Shown here piece after piece: positions 1-7,477 of a stretch of DNA of 39,037 nucleotides (position 1 is its first letter; each line of letters begins with the position of its first letter). The notes beneath the pieces were generated by a model, which saw nothing but the letters and a program-made list of their open reading frames with translations, was not told the origin of the DNA and did not search any database. Source of the DNA: a virus (taxonomy: Duplodnaviria > Caudoviricetes); IMG/VR virus record IMGVR_UViG_3300027956_000022, positions 1 to 39,037 of that record. One strand, written 5' to 3'. The position numbers and the translations under genes are program-made.

Positions 1-14
1 CGCGAAAATTTCAA
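1..14. repeat. terminal direct repeat CGCGAAAATTTCAA (left copy), putative cos region
   Basis: Identical to 39024-39037; the junction falls between HNH and terS, where HK97-like phages carry cos. Confidence 0.85.
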
Positions 15-55
15 CAAAGCGACGTTTGACCGGGGTGCCCCCCTCTTTGGGTCTC

Positions 56-427
56 TCATGACCCACCGTGCTGGGGCTTGGCATACCCGCCCTGCTCTCG
101 TCCGGTTCGCGCCGAGTGACAGCGCCTGCACATGGCGCGCAGGTTGCTCCAGCCGTACCGAAGGTCGGGCCGTTCCTTGGCGCCAATGATATGGTCTACG
201 TCTTGGGAGGGGCGCCCGCACCCCGGGACACAGCACACGGGATGTTGACGACGGAAGGCGACGGATAGTCCGCGCCACTTGCCGTCATAAATCGCGTTGT
301 TGGCGCGCCCTCGGCGTTGATAGTCCAAGCGATTGGACTTGGACCTACAAGCGGGGCAGCGTCCTAGACCCTGCACTAGGGCCCGGCATCCGGCTCCAGT
401 GCAGGGGTGGGGTGAGGCGTTAGGCAT
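56..427 (-). CDS. HNH endonuclease, terminase-associated (HK97 gp74-like)
   Basis: CCVPGC...DVDHII...NLRAMCRRCHSART motif; directly upstream of terS on the circular map. Confidence 0.9.
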   Translation of the reverse strand: MPNASPHPCTGAGCRALVQGLGRCPACRSKSNRLDYQRRGRANNAIYDGKWRGLSVAFRRQHPVCCVPGCGRPSQDVDHIIGAKERPDLRYGWSNLRAMCRRCHSARTGREQGGYAKPQHGGS

Positions 428-433
428 GTCCCC

Positions 434-461
434 CGCATATGCGAGGGACAGCCACGGTCAA
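434..461 (-). promoter_or_regulatory. putative late promoter copy 1 (TTGACC-N16-TATGCG)
   Basis: Motif repeated six times; the -10-like box ends 6 nt before the HNH ATG, suggesting a leaderless transcript. Confidence 0.7.
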
Positions 462-471
462 GGTAGCAGAC

Positions 472-762
472 TCAGGGATCGCCGTAAGGGTCTTTGAAGA
501 CAGCGGAACCGACAATGCCGTCAATGTATTCGTCGTCAGGAGACCACCCGACGACCGCCCTTAGCATACGCCACAAGGACGCCAGATCTGCCGCCGCGCG
601 CTCTAGGCGCTCATCTTTCATGGCCTGCCATGCAGCATAGGCCTTATCGTCCCCTTCGACATGTCGGGCGATTCGCTCCATGGTTCGCTCTACAGGTGGC
701 GTAGAATGCGCGAGCAGTCTGTCCAAGATGCGGTGTAGGCGGGCCGTTTCTTTCTTGGTCAT
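472..762 (-). CDS. hypothetical protein
   Basis: ATGA overlap with the upstream ORF; visibly more AT-rich than its neighbours. Confidence 0.65.
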   Translation of the reverse strand: MTKKETARLHRILDRLLAHSTPPVERTMERIARHVEGDDKAYAAWQAMKDERLERAAADLASLWRMLRAVVGWSPDDEYIDGIVGSAVFKDPYGDP

Positions 763-1247
763 GGCAGGATCCTATCGTCTGGGGTCATGTTTGCAGCTAG
801 ACGCAGGGGGTTGTCATCCCCCGTGTCTGTGTCCATGTCCGGTTCGATGTCCGGTCGCCCTCGCCGCTTGGCCCTACGCTGAGAGGGAGAGAGCACCTCG
901 GCTGGTTGGCTATCCTTGGGCGGGGTATACCAAGGCATGCGGGACAAGTAGCGGGCGCCGAGCGTACAACCCACGCACTGGAGATGCTTGGGGGACCCCT
1001 TGCGCTGCCCGCTCGGCCACCGGGCCGACTGGAGGTCGGCGCACCGCACCGCGAACAGGGTACCCCCGAGCCTGCACCGCACCTCGTCACAAGGCCTGAG
1101 CCAGAGAGAGGGCTGATAGGGCGGAGGGCGGTAGGTGTTGCCCTCGACACGGGGGGCGGCTTCGGACAGGAGGAGGTCTAGGAGTTCCAGCGCGTTGGGC
1201 GCTCGGCGGATACGGACGAGTTCCACAATCCGAACCGAGCGGCTCAC
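759..1247 (-). CDS. hypothetical protein, Cys-containing
   Basis: 4-bp overlaps at both ends; CVGC motif. Confidence 0.6.
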   Translation of the reverse strand: MSRSVRIVELVRIRRAPNALELLDLLLSEAAPRVEGNTYRPPPYQPSLWLRPCDEVRCRLGGTLFAVRCADLQSARWPSGQRKGSPKHLQCVGCTLGARYLSRMPWYTPPKDSQPAEVLSPSQRRAKRRGRPDIEPDMDTDTGDDNPLRLAANMTPDDRILP

Positions 1248-1504
1248 GCTTCACCCTCCCAGATAGACATGTGATTTTCCAGGTTCTCAGGGCTCCTGCG
1301 AAGCAGCGACGTTCCCACTCGGCAGGATCGGCAACCACGCGTTCGTTTACACCTAAGGTTGGATCCTTCCACGACCGCCTCGCCACCACATCGATCACAC
1401 CGCACCCGAAAAAAAGACCGTCGCGTGGGGTGGGGCACCCGCTCCAAGACAACCCACATCCCAAACCGAGTCCCAGCTGCGATGTCCTTTGCAGGCCTAC
1501 CCAT
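1244..1504 (-). CDS. small Cys-rich protein resembling the N-terminal domain of phage HNH/AP2 endonucleases
   Basis: GTRFGMWVV...RCDRCG...NLR...TRGCRSC pattern; GGAG SD before ATG 1504. Confidence 0.6.
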   Translation of the reverse strand: MGRPAKDIAAGTRFGMWVVLERVPHPTRRSFFRVRCDRCGGEAVVEGSNLRCKRTRGCRSCRVGTSLLRRSPENLENHMSIWEGEA

Positions 1505-1895
1505 GGCTAATCTCCTTCCGCCTCGCCGCAACGAGGCCGATGACGACATCCCGCCGACGGAACGTCACCCGGTCATGACATACGCGGCAGATACCGGTCT
1601 TGTTCGGCCGGCCCTGACCAAGGGGGCCTTTGCTGAACTGCTCTCGGCATAGGGCGCAGGTGTCTGTGTCCGTCCACGTGCTCAACGGCGGGGCGTCGAT
1701 GGGCCATCCATCAAGGCCGAACCGGCCGGGGATAGGGTTCCGGGGCTTGGGGTTGTACCGGGTGCCGTCTGCGGAGGGGGTTCCACACTGGCGGGCCAGC
1801 CGCTCGCGGGCGAGCTCGTCGTCGAGGGCGATACGGGCGTACCCGCGACAGGTGGAGAACCGGGCCTCGGGGCTGGGGGTGGGGTCGAGCATCAT
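1497..1895 (-). CDS. hypothetical zinc-finger protein
   Basis: CALC...CRVC; ATGA overlap with the RusA stop. Confidence 0.6.
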   Translation of the reverse strand: MMLDPTPSPEARFSTCRGYARIALDDELARERLARQCGTPSADGTRYNPKPRNPIPGRFGLDGWPIDAPPLSTWTDTDTCALCREQFSKGPLGQGRPNKTGICRVCHDRVTFRRRDVVIGLVAARRKEISHG

Positions 1896-2257
1896 GCCAT
1901 CTCCTTCGCGGCCACGGTAACGCCGGGCTTGTCGTCCTCGCCGCACATGAGCTTGAACACCCGCAACTCGACCACCTGTGAGTCATCCCCCCACACCTTC
2001 CCGTTGCAGGCGTCCAGAATCGGCTTAGCGGGGCCGTCGATGTCCTGACGGGGGTTGGTGAGGAGGAGGGTGAGATCGACGCTCAAGGGGCCTTCCAGGG
2101 GCCTTAGGCCACGGGTTGCGCGGGTGGCGCAGGCCTTCACTGCATCGTGAAAGGCTCGATACTCGGGGGAGAGCCGGAAGGTGCGCCCCACGTAGCGCCG
2201 GTTGACAGATACCGGCTTGAGGGGGACATGGAAGCTGATGCCCCGGGGCACGCTCAC
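1892..2257 (-). CDS. rusA: RusA-family Holliday junction resolvase
   Basis: PVSVNRRY...DIDGPAKPILDA...VWGDDSQVVEL motifs. Confidence 0.88.
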   Translation of the reverse strand: MSVPRGISFHVPLKPVSVNRRYVGRTFRLSPEYRAFHDAVKACATRATRGLRPLEGPLSVDLTLLLTNPRQDIDGPAKPILDACNGKVWGDDSQVVELRVFKLMCGEDDKPGVTVAAKEMA

Positions 2258-2595
2258 GGGTGCCGCCTCCCCTCAAGGTCGCTGACGAGGGAGCCGATCT
2301 CGTAGTAGCGAGGAATCCCCATGTCCGCGGCCATCGTCTCCTCGCGGTCGGCTCCGGGGCTGTGCCCGGGTAGGCGCAGGAAAACGTCACACGCCTCCAG
2401 CCACGCGAAGTCTAGGGCCATCCACGTCTCGTAGGGCCTCGGGGTCTGGGCGTCCCAGTAATGGGACAGGTGTGGGACGTAGGGGGCGAACCCGGCGTCA
2501 AGGAGGCGGGACGCGGCGTCGAGGGCGGTTCGCACGTTCTCCTCGCGGTTGCCCTGGGTGAGGGGGCCCGCTACGTAGACGCGAATTGGCTTCAC
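2254..2595 (-). CDS. DUF4406-like / nucleoside 2-deoxyribosyltransferase-fold protein
   Basis: VYVAGP...PYVPH...WMALDFAWLEACD...LPGHSPGADRE pattern; GTG start overlaps the upstream stop. Confidence 0.75.
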   Translation of the reverse strand: MKPIRVYVAGPLTQGNREENVRTALDAASRLLDAGFAPYVPHLSHYWDAQTPRPYETWMALDFAWLEACDVFLRLPGHSPGADREETMAADMGIPRYYEIGSLVSDLEGRRHP

Positions 2596-2891
2596 GGCCG
2601 ACCCCCGCACTCCTTGCAATTAAAACGGCCGCAGTCGCAGGGCTTAACCTTGCCCTCCCCGCGACAAAAACGACAGGCGGGATCGTAGGGGCGGATGAAC
2701 ACCCGAACATCACCGCCGCACTCGGGACAGGGGGTGAGCCAGCCCCCCATGCGCCTCCCCGTGAGATCGATCACGTTGTCCTTGCGTGGGGGGAGGTCGT
2801 AATCCTCGTCGTCCCAGAAATGGGCGGCGATGAGGATCGCCGAGGAGCCCACGGCCAGCAGGATTCCGAAGGCGTAGAGCAGGGTCAGCAT
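2592..2891 (-). CDS. membrane-anchored zinc-finger protein
   Basis: Hydrophobic N-terminus (MLTLLYAFGILLAV...), then CPECGG, CRFCRGEG, CDC and CKEC. Confidence 0.6.
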   Translation of the reverse strand: MLTLLYAFGILLAVGSSAILIAAHFWDDEDYDLPPRKDNVIDLTGRRMGGWLTPCPECGGDVRVFIRPYDPACRFCRGEGKVKPCDCGRFNCKECGGRP

Positions 2892-2901
2892 TCGTCGCCC
2901 C

Positions 2902-3048
2902 CTATTCCGCCCAAAACCGCAGGGTAACCGCGTTGAGCAGGGCCATGGCGAGCGAGACGGCCGAACTGGTCCACTTGCCCTCAATGGCGTCGTGAATGGT
3001 CACCATCACCAGCGCCCCAACCATACCAGCCACAATTAATCTCATCAT
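2902..3048 (-). CDS. small membrane protein (48 aa, not in the ORF track)
   Basis: Hand translation MMRLIVAGMVGALVMVTIHDAIEGKWTSSAVSLAMALLNAVTLRFWAE; AAGGAG SD; two hydrophobic segments. Confidence 0.6.
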   Translation of the reverse strand: MMRLIVAGMVGALVMVTIHDAIEGKWTSSAVSLAMALLNAVTLRFWAE

Positions 3049-3203
3049 TCGTCCGTCTCCTTTTCGGTGTCACACCATGGTTTCGGCGGCAACCTCTCGG
3101 CGGTCGGCTTCGGTTCGGCTGGATCCAGTGCTTCCTCCCTTGCTCGGCGGAGGATCTCCCGGATGCGGTCGAGGGCGGATTGCGTCTCGGTCATTTCTGT
3201 CAT
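3045..3203 (-). CDS. small hypothetical protein (52 aa, not in the ORF track)
   Basis: Hand translation MTEMTETQSALDRIREILRRAREE...KETDE; ATGA overlaps at both ends. Confidence 0.55.
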   Translation of the reverse strand: MTEMTETQSALDRIREILRRAREEALDPAEPKPTAERLPPKPWCDTEKETDE

Positions 3204-3961
3204 CCCGGCTCCGTGACTCCGTAGCCCTCGTTTTGGCCGCAGAATAGGCCGCAGTCGGGAAGGTCTAGATCCTCGTGCCGTCCAGCGTCGGGCCGCAGGT
3301 CCCGGAGGCTGGTGCCTTTGAGAACCGTCGCCCCGATGCGGGCCTCAAGATCGGCCATCCGGGCGAACACGTCGGGAAAATCTTTGCGGATCTTGTTCCA
3401 GTAACCGGCCCCACCCTTCACGCACCCGATGCAGTTGGCGTTGTGGTATCCGAGCCGGTACATCGCTGGGAGTTCGATGCCAGCGTTCTGGAGCACACGA
3501 AAGCAGTGTGTCTTATTCATCCCCCGGTCGATGAGGGGACAACTCACGTTGAGCACTTCCGGGTTATGAGCCTTGAACCGCTCCAGCCGCTCCCGCTCCT
3601 CGACCGTGTAGCCGAACACCTGGGTCACATCGGGATCGTCACAAAACGCACGCCGAACCTTCTTCTTCATCTCGACGGTGCAGAGGGCGCCGCCGGGAGA
3701 GTTCAGAAAGCGGCGCTTCTCCCACACGTCCCAACAGTCAGCGTACTTGTGTGAACTGAGGTTCAGGATCTTCCGGCCGAGCCACCGCTCCACGTCTGCC
3801 GCAAAGCGGTCGTTGTCCGGGTGCTCATTGGCGACGATGCACCGGGCAATGGTAGCAGTGGGGTCCCGCTCAAGTGTCAGCTTTGCCGCCACGGCGCTGG
3901 CTGCTCCACACGAGAACCAGACAATAGATTTAGTCATATCTAGGGCTGTGGGCTCAGGCAT
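3200..3961 (-). CDS. PAPS reductase-like / adenine nucleotide alpha-hydrolase (PP-loop) protein
   Basis: WFSCGAASAVA PP-loop-like start; NANCIGCVKGGAGYW and terminal CGLFC cysteine motifs. Confidence 0.75.
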   Translation of the reverse strand: MPEPTALDMTKSIVWFSCGAASAVAAKLTLERDPTATIARCIVANEHPDNDRFAADVERWLGRKILNLSSHKYADCWDVWEKRRFLNSPGGALCTVEMKKKVRRAFCDDPDVTQVFGYTVEERERLERFKAHNPEVLNVSCPLIDRGMNKTHCFRVLQNAGIELPAMYRLGYHNANCIGCVKGGAGYWNKIRKDFPDVFARMADLEARIGATVLKGTSLRDLRPDAGRHEDLDLPDCGLFCGQNEGYGVTEPG

Positions 3962-4886
3962 CGAACCCCTCCACCGGCATGGACTCCTTCACTACTTTGG
4001 CGATCCACGACACCATGCGGGGGCGGGTATCCCTCTCCCGGACGGTCCGAGCGATGAAGGCATAGACGGGTCCAGGGCCGCCTCGAAGAGCGATAACGCG
4101 CTCGAACTCCTCGGCCTCGGCCTGCGACTGGAGGGGGACTAGGCCCGTGCCCATCCCTGCCTCGATGTTTCGGATAAGTTCGGCGCCGAGAATGCCAAGC
4201 CCCATGCGTCCGCTCCCGCTCGCCCGCGCTTCCTCGTCATGCGGCGGGGCGGGGCGTGCCTCGACGGGACGGGCCTCCCCTCCACTCCCCGGGACGGGAA
4301 GGGGCGGGGCGGGAAGGGCCTCCACGGGGCGGGGCGGGGCGGGGCGGGAGAGTGTAGACTTTTGCCCGCCGTTTGCCCGGTCGGGCCCCTCGTTTTCTGG
4401 GCAAACGCCCGCCGTTTGCCCGTTAGTTGCCGAACGGTTGCCGGTCAGTTGCTTGGCCCGGCCCTTTTTGCCCGCCGCCGAACGAAGCTCAGAGAGGGAT
4501 TCTCCCTTTGCCTCCCGCTCCGCTTCCCGCTTGGCTCGGCGCTCCACGAATTCCGGGGCGTGGTCCCAGAGGTCATGAACCCGATACGTGCCCGGCCTAC
4601 CCTCCGGCCATGAGTCGTCGCCCCCCTCGTCGATGAACCCCGCCAACCCCTCTCCGCCGGCTCCGAGCAGGGCGGCCAAGAGCACCCCGTCACGGCCCCG
4701 CCAATGGGCGGCGGTCTCCACGTCCACCCGGTCTCCGATATAGTCGTCTGCGGCCTCGTAGGCGGCATCCCAGAGGAGTTCTAGGGCCCCCCGAGCCAGG
4801 ATCTCGCCGAACCCGACCTGAACGTCATCGAGGGCGCGGGCCAGCCTGCGGAACTTCCGGTCCATCGTTAGGCCGATGCGAGCCAT
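3954..4886 (-). CDS. putative replication initiator
   Basis: KFRRLARAL...LELLW...VHDLWDH N-terminal domain, low-complexity linker carrying DNA repeats, position in the early operon. Confidence 0.6.
   Translation of the reverse strand: MARIGLTMDRKFRRLARALDDVQVGFGEILARGALELLWDAAYEAADDYIGDRVDVETAAHWRGRDGVLLAALLGAGGEGLAGFIDEGGDDSWPEGRPGTYRVHDLWDHAPEFVERRAKREAEREAKGESLSELRSAAGKKGRAKQLTGNRSATNGQTAGVCPENEGPDRANGGQKSTLSRPAPPRPVEALPAPPLPVPGSGGEARPVEARPAPPHDEEARASGSGRMGLGILGAELIRNIEAGMGTGLVPLQSQAEAEEFERVIALRGGPGPVYAFIARTVRERDTRPRMVSWIAKVVKESMPVEGFDA
4361..4474. repeat. iteron-like repeats, putative replication origin
   Basis: TTTGCCCG at 4361, 4372, 4415, 4467; TTGC phased at 11 bp (4416, 4427, 4438, 4449); 16-bp repeat at 4364 and 4407. 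Confidence 0.6.
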
Positions 4887-5107
4887 TATGCCCCCCCGCC
4901 GTCTGTATCGGAGGCCCACGCGGCTACGATGTCGGCCACACGGCGAAGGTCAGCCGCTATTTCGGCTGCCGTTTTAGGGTCTCCGGTTACGAGGTCCCCC
5001 TCGTCGTCCTCGATGCTATAGAACGCCTGACCCACCGCGTTAGCAGTCACGCGAAACACCATCGTCTCGCCGCGGTCCGATACCGGAATCCCGATTTCCG
5101 TAAACAT
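4886..5107 (-). CDS. hypothetical protein
   Basis: GAGGGG SD before ATG 5107; stop overlaps the initiator start. Confidence 0.6.
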   Translation of the reverse strand: MFTEIGIPVSDRGETMVFRVTANAVGQAFYSIEDDEGDLVTGDPKTAAEIAADLRRVADIVAAWASDTDGGGA

Positions 5108-5118
5108 AATCACCCCTC

Positions 5119-5224
5119 AAAAGCCGACACCCTCACCCCCGTGGGCAAGCACGGGAGGAGGGTGTCTTGTGGGCAACGCGCGAGCGCCACCCGAGAACCT
5201 ATCACGGAGTCTTGCCACTCCATG
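5119..5224 (-). ncRNA. structured leader RNA: three hairpins with complementary loops, the last terminator-like
   Basis: Stems 5203-5224, 5171-5192, 5126-5166; mismatches are G-U only on the minus strand; loops GGCAAG and CUUGCC are complementary; GGCUUUU follows. Confidence 0.7.
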
Positions 5225-5231
5225 GGAGAAC

Positions 5232-5261
5232 ACACTACCACGCTGCTAGGGCAGGCGTCCA
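5232..5261 (-). promoter_or_regulatory. putative sigma70-type promoter (TGGACG-N18-TAGTGT, extended TG)
   Basis: Predicted start near 5224-5225, at the base of the first leader hairpin. Confidence 0.5.
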
Positions 5262-5262
5262 T

Positions 5263-6093
5263 CTACGCCCCCTCCCCTTCGCTGGACGCCCCGAGGAGCG
5301 ACCCCTGGACTCCCACGGGCTCGACGGACATCGGGATCCGCAGCTGCTCCCGAGCCGCACGAAGCCGCTTCACGGCCACGTCAAAATACTTGGGCTCACG
5401 CTCCCAGCCGATGAAGCGGCGGCCGAGGCGGATGCACGCCACGCCGGTTGTGCCCGAGCCCGCGAAGGGGTCGCACACCAGTTCGCCGGGGTCCGTGAAG
5501 TCGGAGACGAGCGCCTCCATCAGGGCGAGGGGCTTCTGCGTAGTGTGGACGCGCGCATCCTCGCCCTGTCGACCGGGACGCGAGACCGCCACGGGCAGAG
5601 GGTAAAGGCCCTGCTTACCACCCCCATTCCACCGCTTGCGGCCGGGTGGGTGGCAGACCGTGATCGCCTCGCACGCCACGGCTGGTCGGTCTCCGGTGAA
5701 TTGAGGGGCGCCGCAGACCTTGTGCCAAAAGCAGGTGCGTGCATATTCGAGGCCTCCGCCTCGGAGTTCGTCGGCCCAAAGATGCGATCCCTCGGTGTCC
5801 GAAAAGACAAGGCTCCAGCGGGTCGAGATCCGGCCGCAATGCATCCCAACCTCGTTCCGCGTCGCCCCCGTGAGGGCATCGAATCCGAGTGGGGCGATCG
5901 AGGAGATCACGCCGCTTCGCCAGCCCTGTTCGCCGCGCCTCACCGACGCGTGAACGTGCTCCGAGTATGGCGGGTCCGTAATCACGTGGTCGACGCTCTT
6001 GTCCGCGAGTGACGCCAATCCGTGCTCCGGGTCGAGACAATCGCCACACGTCAACCGCCACCCCGGCCCCTCGGTTACCTCGGGGGCGCTCAC
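5263..6093 (-). CDS. DNA methyltransferase, N4-C/N6-A, beta class
   Basis: ITDPPY catalytic motif before HTTQKP and the DPFAGSGTTG SAM-binding motif. Confidence 0.92.
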   Translation of the reverse strand: MSAPEVTEGPGWRLTCGDCLDPEHGLASLADKSVDHVITDPPYSEHVHASVRRGEQGWRSGVISSIAPLGFDALTGATRNEVGMHCGRISTRWSLVFSDTEGSHLWADELRGGGLEYARTCFWHKVCGAPQFTGDRPAVACEAITVCHPPGRKRWNGGGKQGLYPLPVAVSRPGRQGEDARVHTTQKPLALMEALVSDFTDPGELVCDPFAGSGTTGVACIRLGRRFIGWEREPKYFDVAVKRLRAAREQLRIPMSVEPVGVQGSLLGASSEGEGA

Positions 6094-6362
6094 GGCCGCA
6101 CCCCCTCACACCGGTACAGAGAGTCAGGACGGCTCACGAGGACGACGGAGATCGCGCCCTCGGAGCGCAACGCGCGCATCACGCGGTCCGCGCTGGACGG
6201 GGAGCCGCCGCACCTCGCGGTCACGTAGTCCGCGAGCTCCCCGGCGTGGAACTCCTCGCCCGTGTGGAGCCTACAGAACGCGATCACCGCCTGCGCGATC
6301 TTGCCCCGGACGCGCTGCAACTCGGGGTGCTGGACGGAATCCCAGAGGGAGGGTTGCATCAT
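6090..6362 (-). CDS. putative winged-HTH protein
   Basis: FHAGELADYV...SADRVMRALRSEG pattern; 4-bp overlaps. Confidence 0.55.
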   Translation of the reverse strand: MMQPSLWDSVQHPELQRVRGKIAQAVIAFCRLHTGEEFHAGELADYVTARCGGSPSSADRVMRALRSEGAISVVLVSRPDSLYRCEGVRP

Positions 6363-6607
6363 GGCCCCCGCCTCACCTTCGGCCCCTCGCCGATGTTCGC
6401 GGGCTCGCAGACCCACGGCCCCGCTACGCCCTCGTCGGTCAGGCCGTGGAGGATGTACAGGTGCCGCTCGACGACGCGGACCTCCGCCATCGGGTCCGGT
6501 AGAGGGGGGCGGGGGTCACGGCGAGACGCGGCCCACCCCGCGGCGACTATCCCGGCAACGGCAGTTAGGAGGAGCGCGCCGACGACTCCAAAGTGGCGGT
6601 CGGTCAT
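6359..6607 (-). CDS. hypothetical membrane-anchored protein
   Basis: N-terminal hydrophobic helix; ATGA overlaps. Confidence 0.55.
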   Translation of the reverse strand: MTDRHFGVVGALLLTAVAGIVAAGWAASRRDPRPPLPDPMAEVRVVERHLYILHGLTDEGVAGPWVCEPANIGEGPKVRRGP

Positions 6608-6828
6608 GCGGACCCCCGGCCGTGCCCCATCGCAAGGGCGAGCGCGGCATAGTCGCGGGTGAGTTCAAGCGCGACGGGCGCCGCCAATTGGTCCAGCGCC
6701 CCGCGCGAGAGGGTCAAGCGCAGCGCCGCAACGTTGGCGCACGCCGCAAGGTCCCACGCATCCGCCGCGCAGAGCGGTGGGGACAGGGGACCGTCGAGAA
6801 GCACGCCTTCCTCGTCCCGCCACCTCAC
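6604..6828 (-). CDS. hypothetical protein
   Basis: AAGGAGG SD; GTGA overlap with the HTH stop. Confidence 0.5.
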   Translation of the reverse strand: MRWRDEEGVLLDGPLSPPLCAADAWDLAACANVAALRLTLSRGALDQLAAPVALELTRDYAALALAMGHGRGSA

Positions 6829-7037
6829 GGCCGATCCTCCTTGCGCCACACGTCCACCGGGATCCCGGCCTCGTCCCTGATGCGCAAGGCTAGGGTGAGC
6901 CCCGGGGAGCGGGTACCCTGGACGATACGGGAAACCTGCGCGTGGTCAACGTCGAGGATGCGGCCGGCCTTGCGAGGGCCGATCCCCTGCGTTGACATCC
7001 ACTCCTTGAGCATCTTTCCGCCTGTGTTTCGTGCCAT
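6825..7037 (-). CDS. Cro/CI-type (XRE) HTH regulator, 70 aa
   Basis: PRKAGRILDVDHAQVSRIVQGTRSPGLTLALRI HTH; first gene of the leftward arm. Confidence 0.85.
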   Translation of the reverse strand: MARNTGGKMLKEWMSTQGIGPRKAGRILDVDHAQVSRIVQGTRSPGLTLALRIRDEAGIPVDVWRKEDRP

Positions 7038-7043
7038 GGGTCT

Positions 7044-7072
7044 TGTATATAGGACCCCTCTCGGTGTGTCAA
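7044..7072 (-). promoter_or_regulatory. leftward early promoter (TTGACA-N17-TATACA)
   Basis: Perfect -35; the -10 ends 6 nt before ATG 7037, suggesting a leaderless transcript. Confidence 0.75.
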
Positions 7073-7084
7073 TGGTCGCCGCGC

Positions 7085-7114
7085 TTGACACCGTACCCGG
7101 GGTGGGCGTAGAAG
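7085..7114 (+). promoter_or_regulatory. rightward early promoter (TTGACA-N18-TAGAAG)
   Basis: Perfect -35, back-to-back with the leftward -35, forming GTGTCAA-N12-TTGACAC. Confidence 0.65.
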
Positions 7115-7121
7115 GGATGCC

Positions 7122-7154
7122 GTGACTGAGTACGACAAGGAGACCAAGCCGTGA
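7122..7154 (+). CDS. 10-aa leader mini-ORF MTEYDKETKP
   Basis: GTG at the predicted transcription start; GTGA overlap with 7151. Confidence 0.4.
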   Translation: MTEYDKETKP

Positions 7155-7477
7155 GCGTGAGCGACACCATTGAGCGCATCAAGGCGTACCGCAACGAGCA
7201 CCCCGGTTGTAGCCTGCTGGAGGCCAAGAACGCCGTTGAGCACCCGGACAAGCCGCGCTGCCAGCACGGGGAACTGACCGAGCGCGAGTGCCTGCGTTGT
7301 GACAACGATCGACTTCGCGCGCGACTGGCCGAAGTTGAGGGGGCGTTGGCGGACCTTCTGGAGTCCGGGAAGCCCATCACGGGGGGCGGCGGCGTATGGG
7401 TGTTTTACGGAGACTGGACCGACGCCCGCGCGGTCCTCTCCCGCACCGAGGGTCGAGAACCGGAGGTGAAGCCGTGA
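7151..7477 (+). CDS. hypothetical protein
   Basis: AAGGAG SD; IKAYRNEHPGCSLLEAKNAVE resembles an L7/L12 C-terminal-like motif; CQH/CLRC. Confidence 0.65.
   Translation: MSVSDTIERIKAYRNEHPGCSLLEAKNAVEHPDKPRCQHGELTERECLRCDNDRLRARLAEVEGALADLLESGKPITGGGGVWVFYGDWTDARAVLSRTEGREPEVKP

Noticed and set aside
1-14. Terminal repeat read as attL/attR of a prophage
   Set aside because: No integrase and no host flanks; the position matches a packaging site
5119-5224. Multi-hairpin region considered as a tRNA
   Set aside because: No TTC arm, anticodon arm or acceptor stem
5740-5746. Other TATGC cores (here and near 32753 and 32832)
   Set aside because: They lack the full ATATGC[G/A]GG context or a -35-like box at 16 bp, and lie mid-gene
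5167-7125. Long plus-strand ORFs over the MTase and the leftward arm
   Set aside because: Antisense to well-supported genes; Arg/Pro-rich shadow translations
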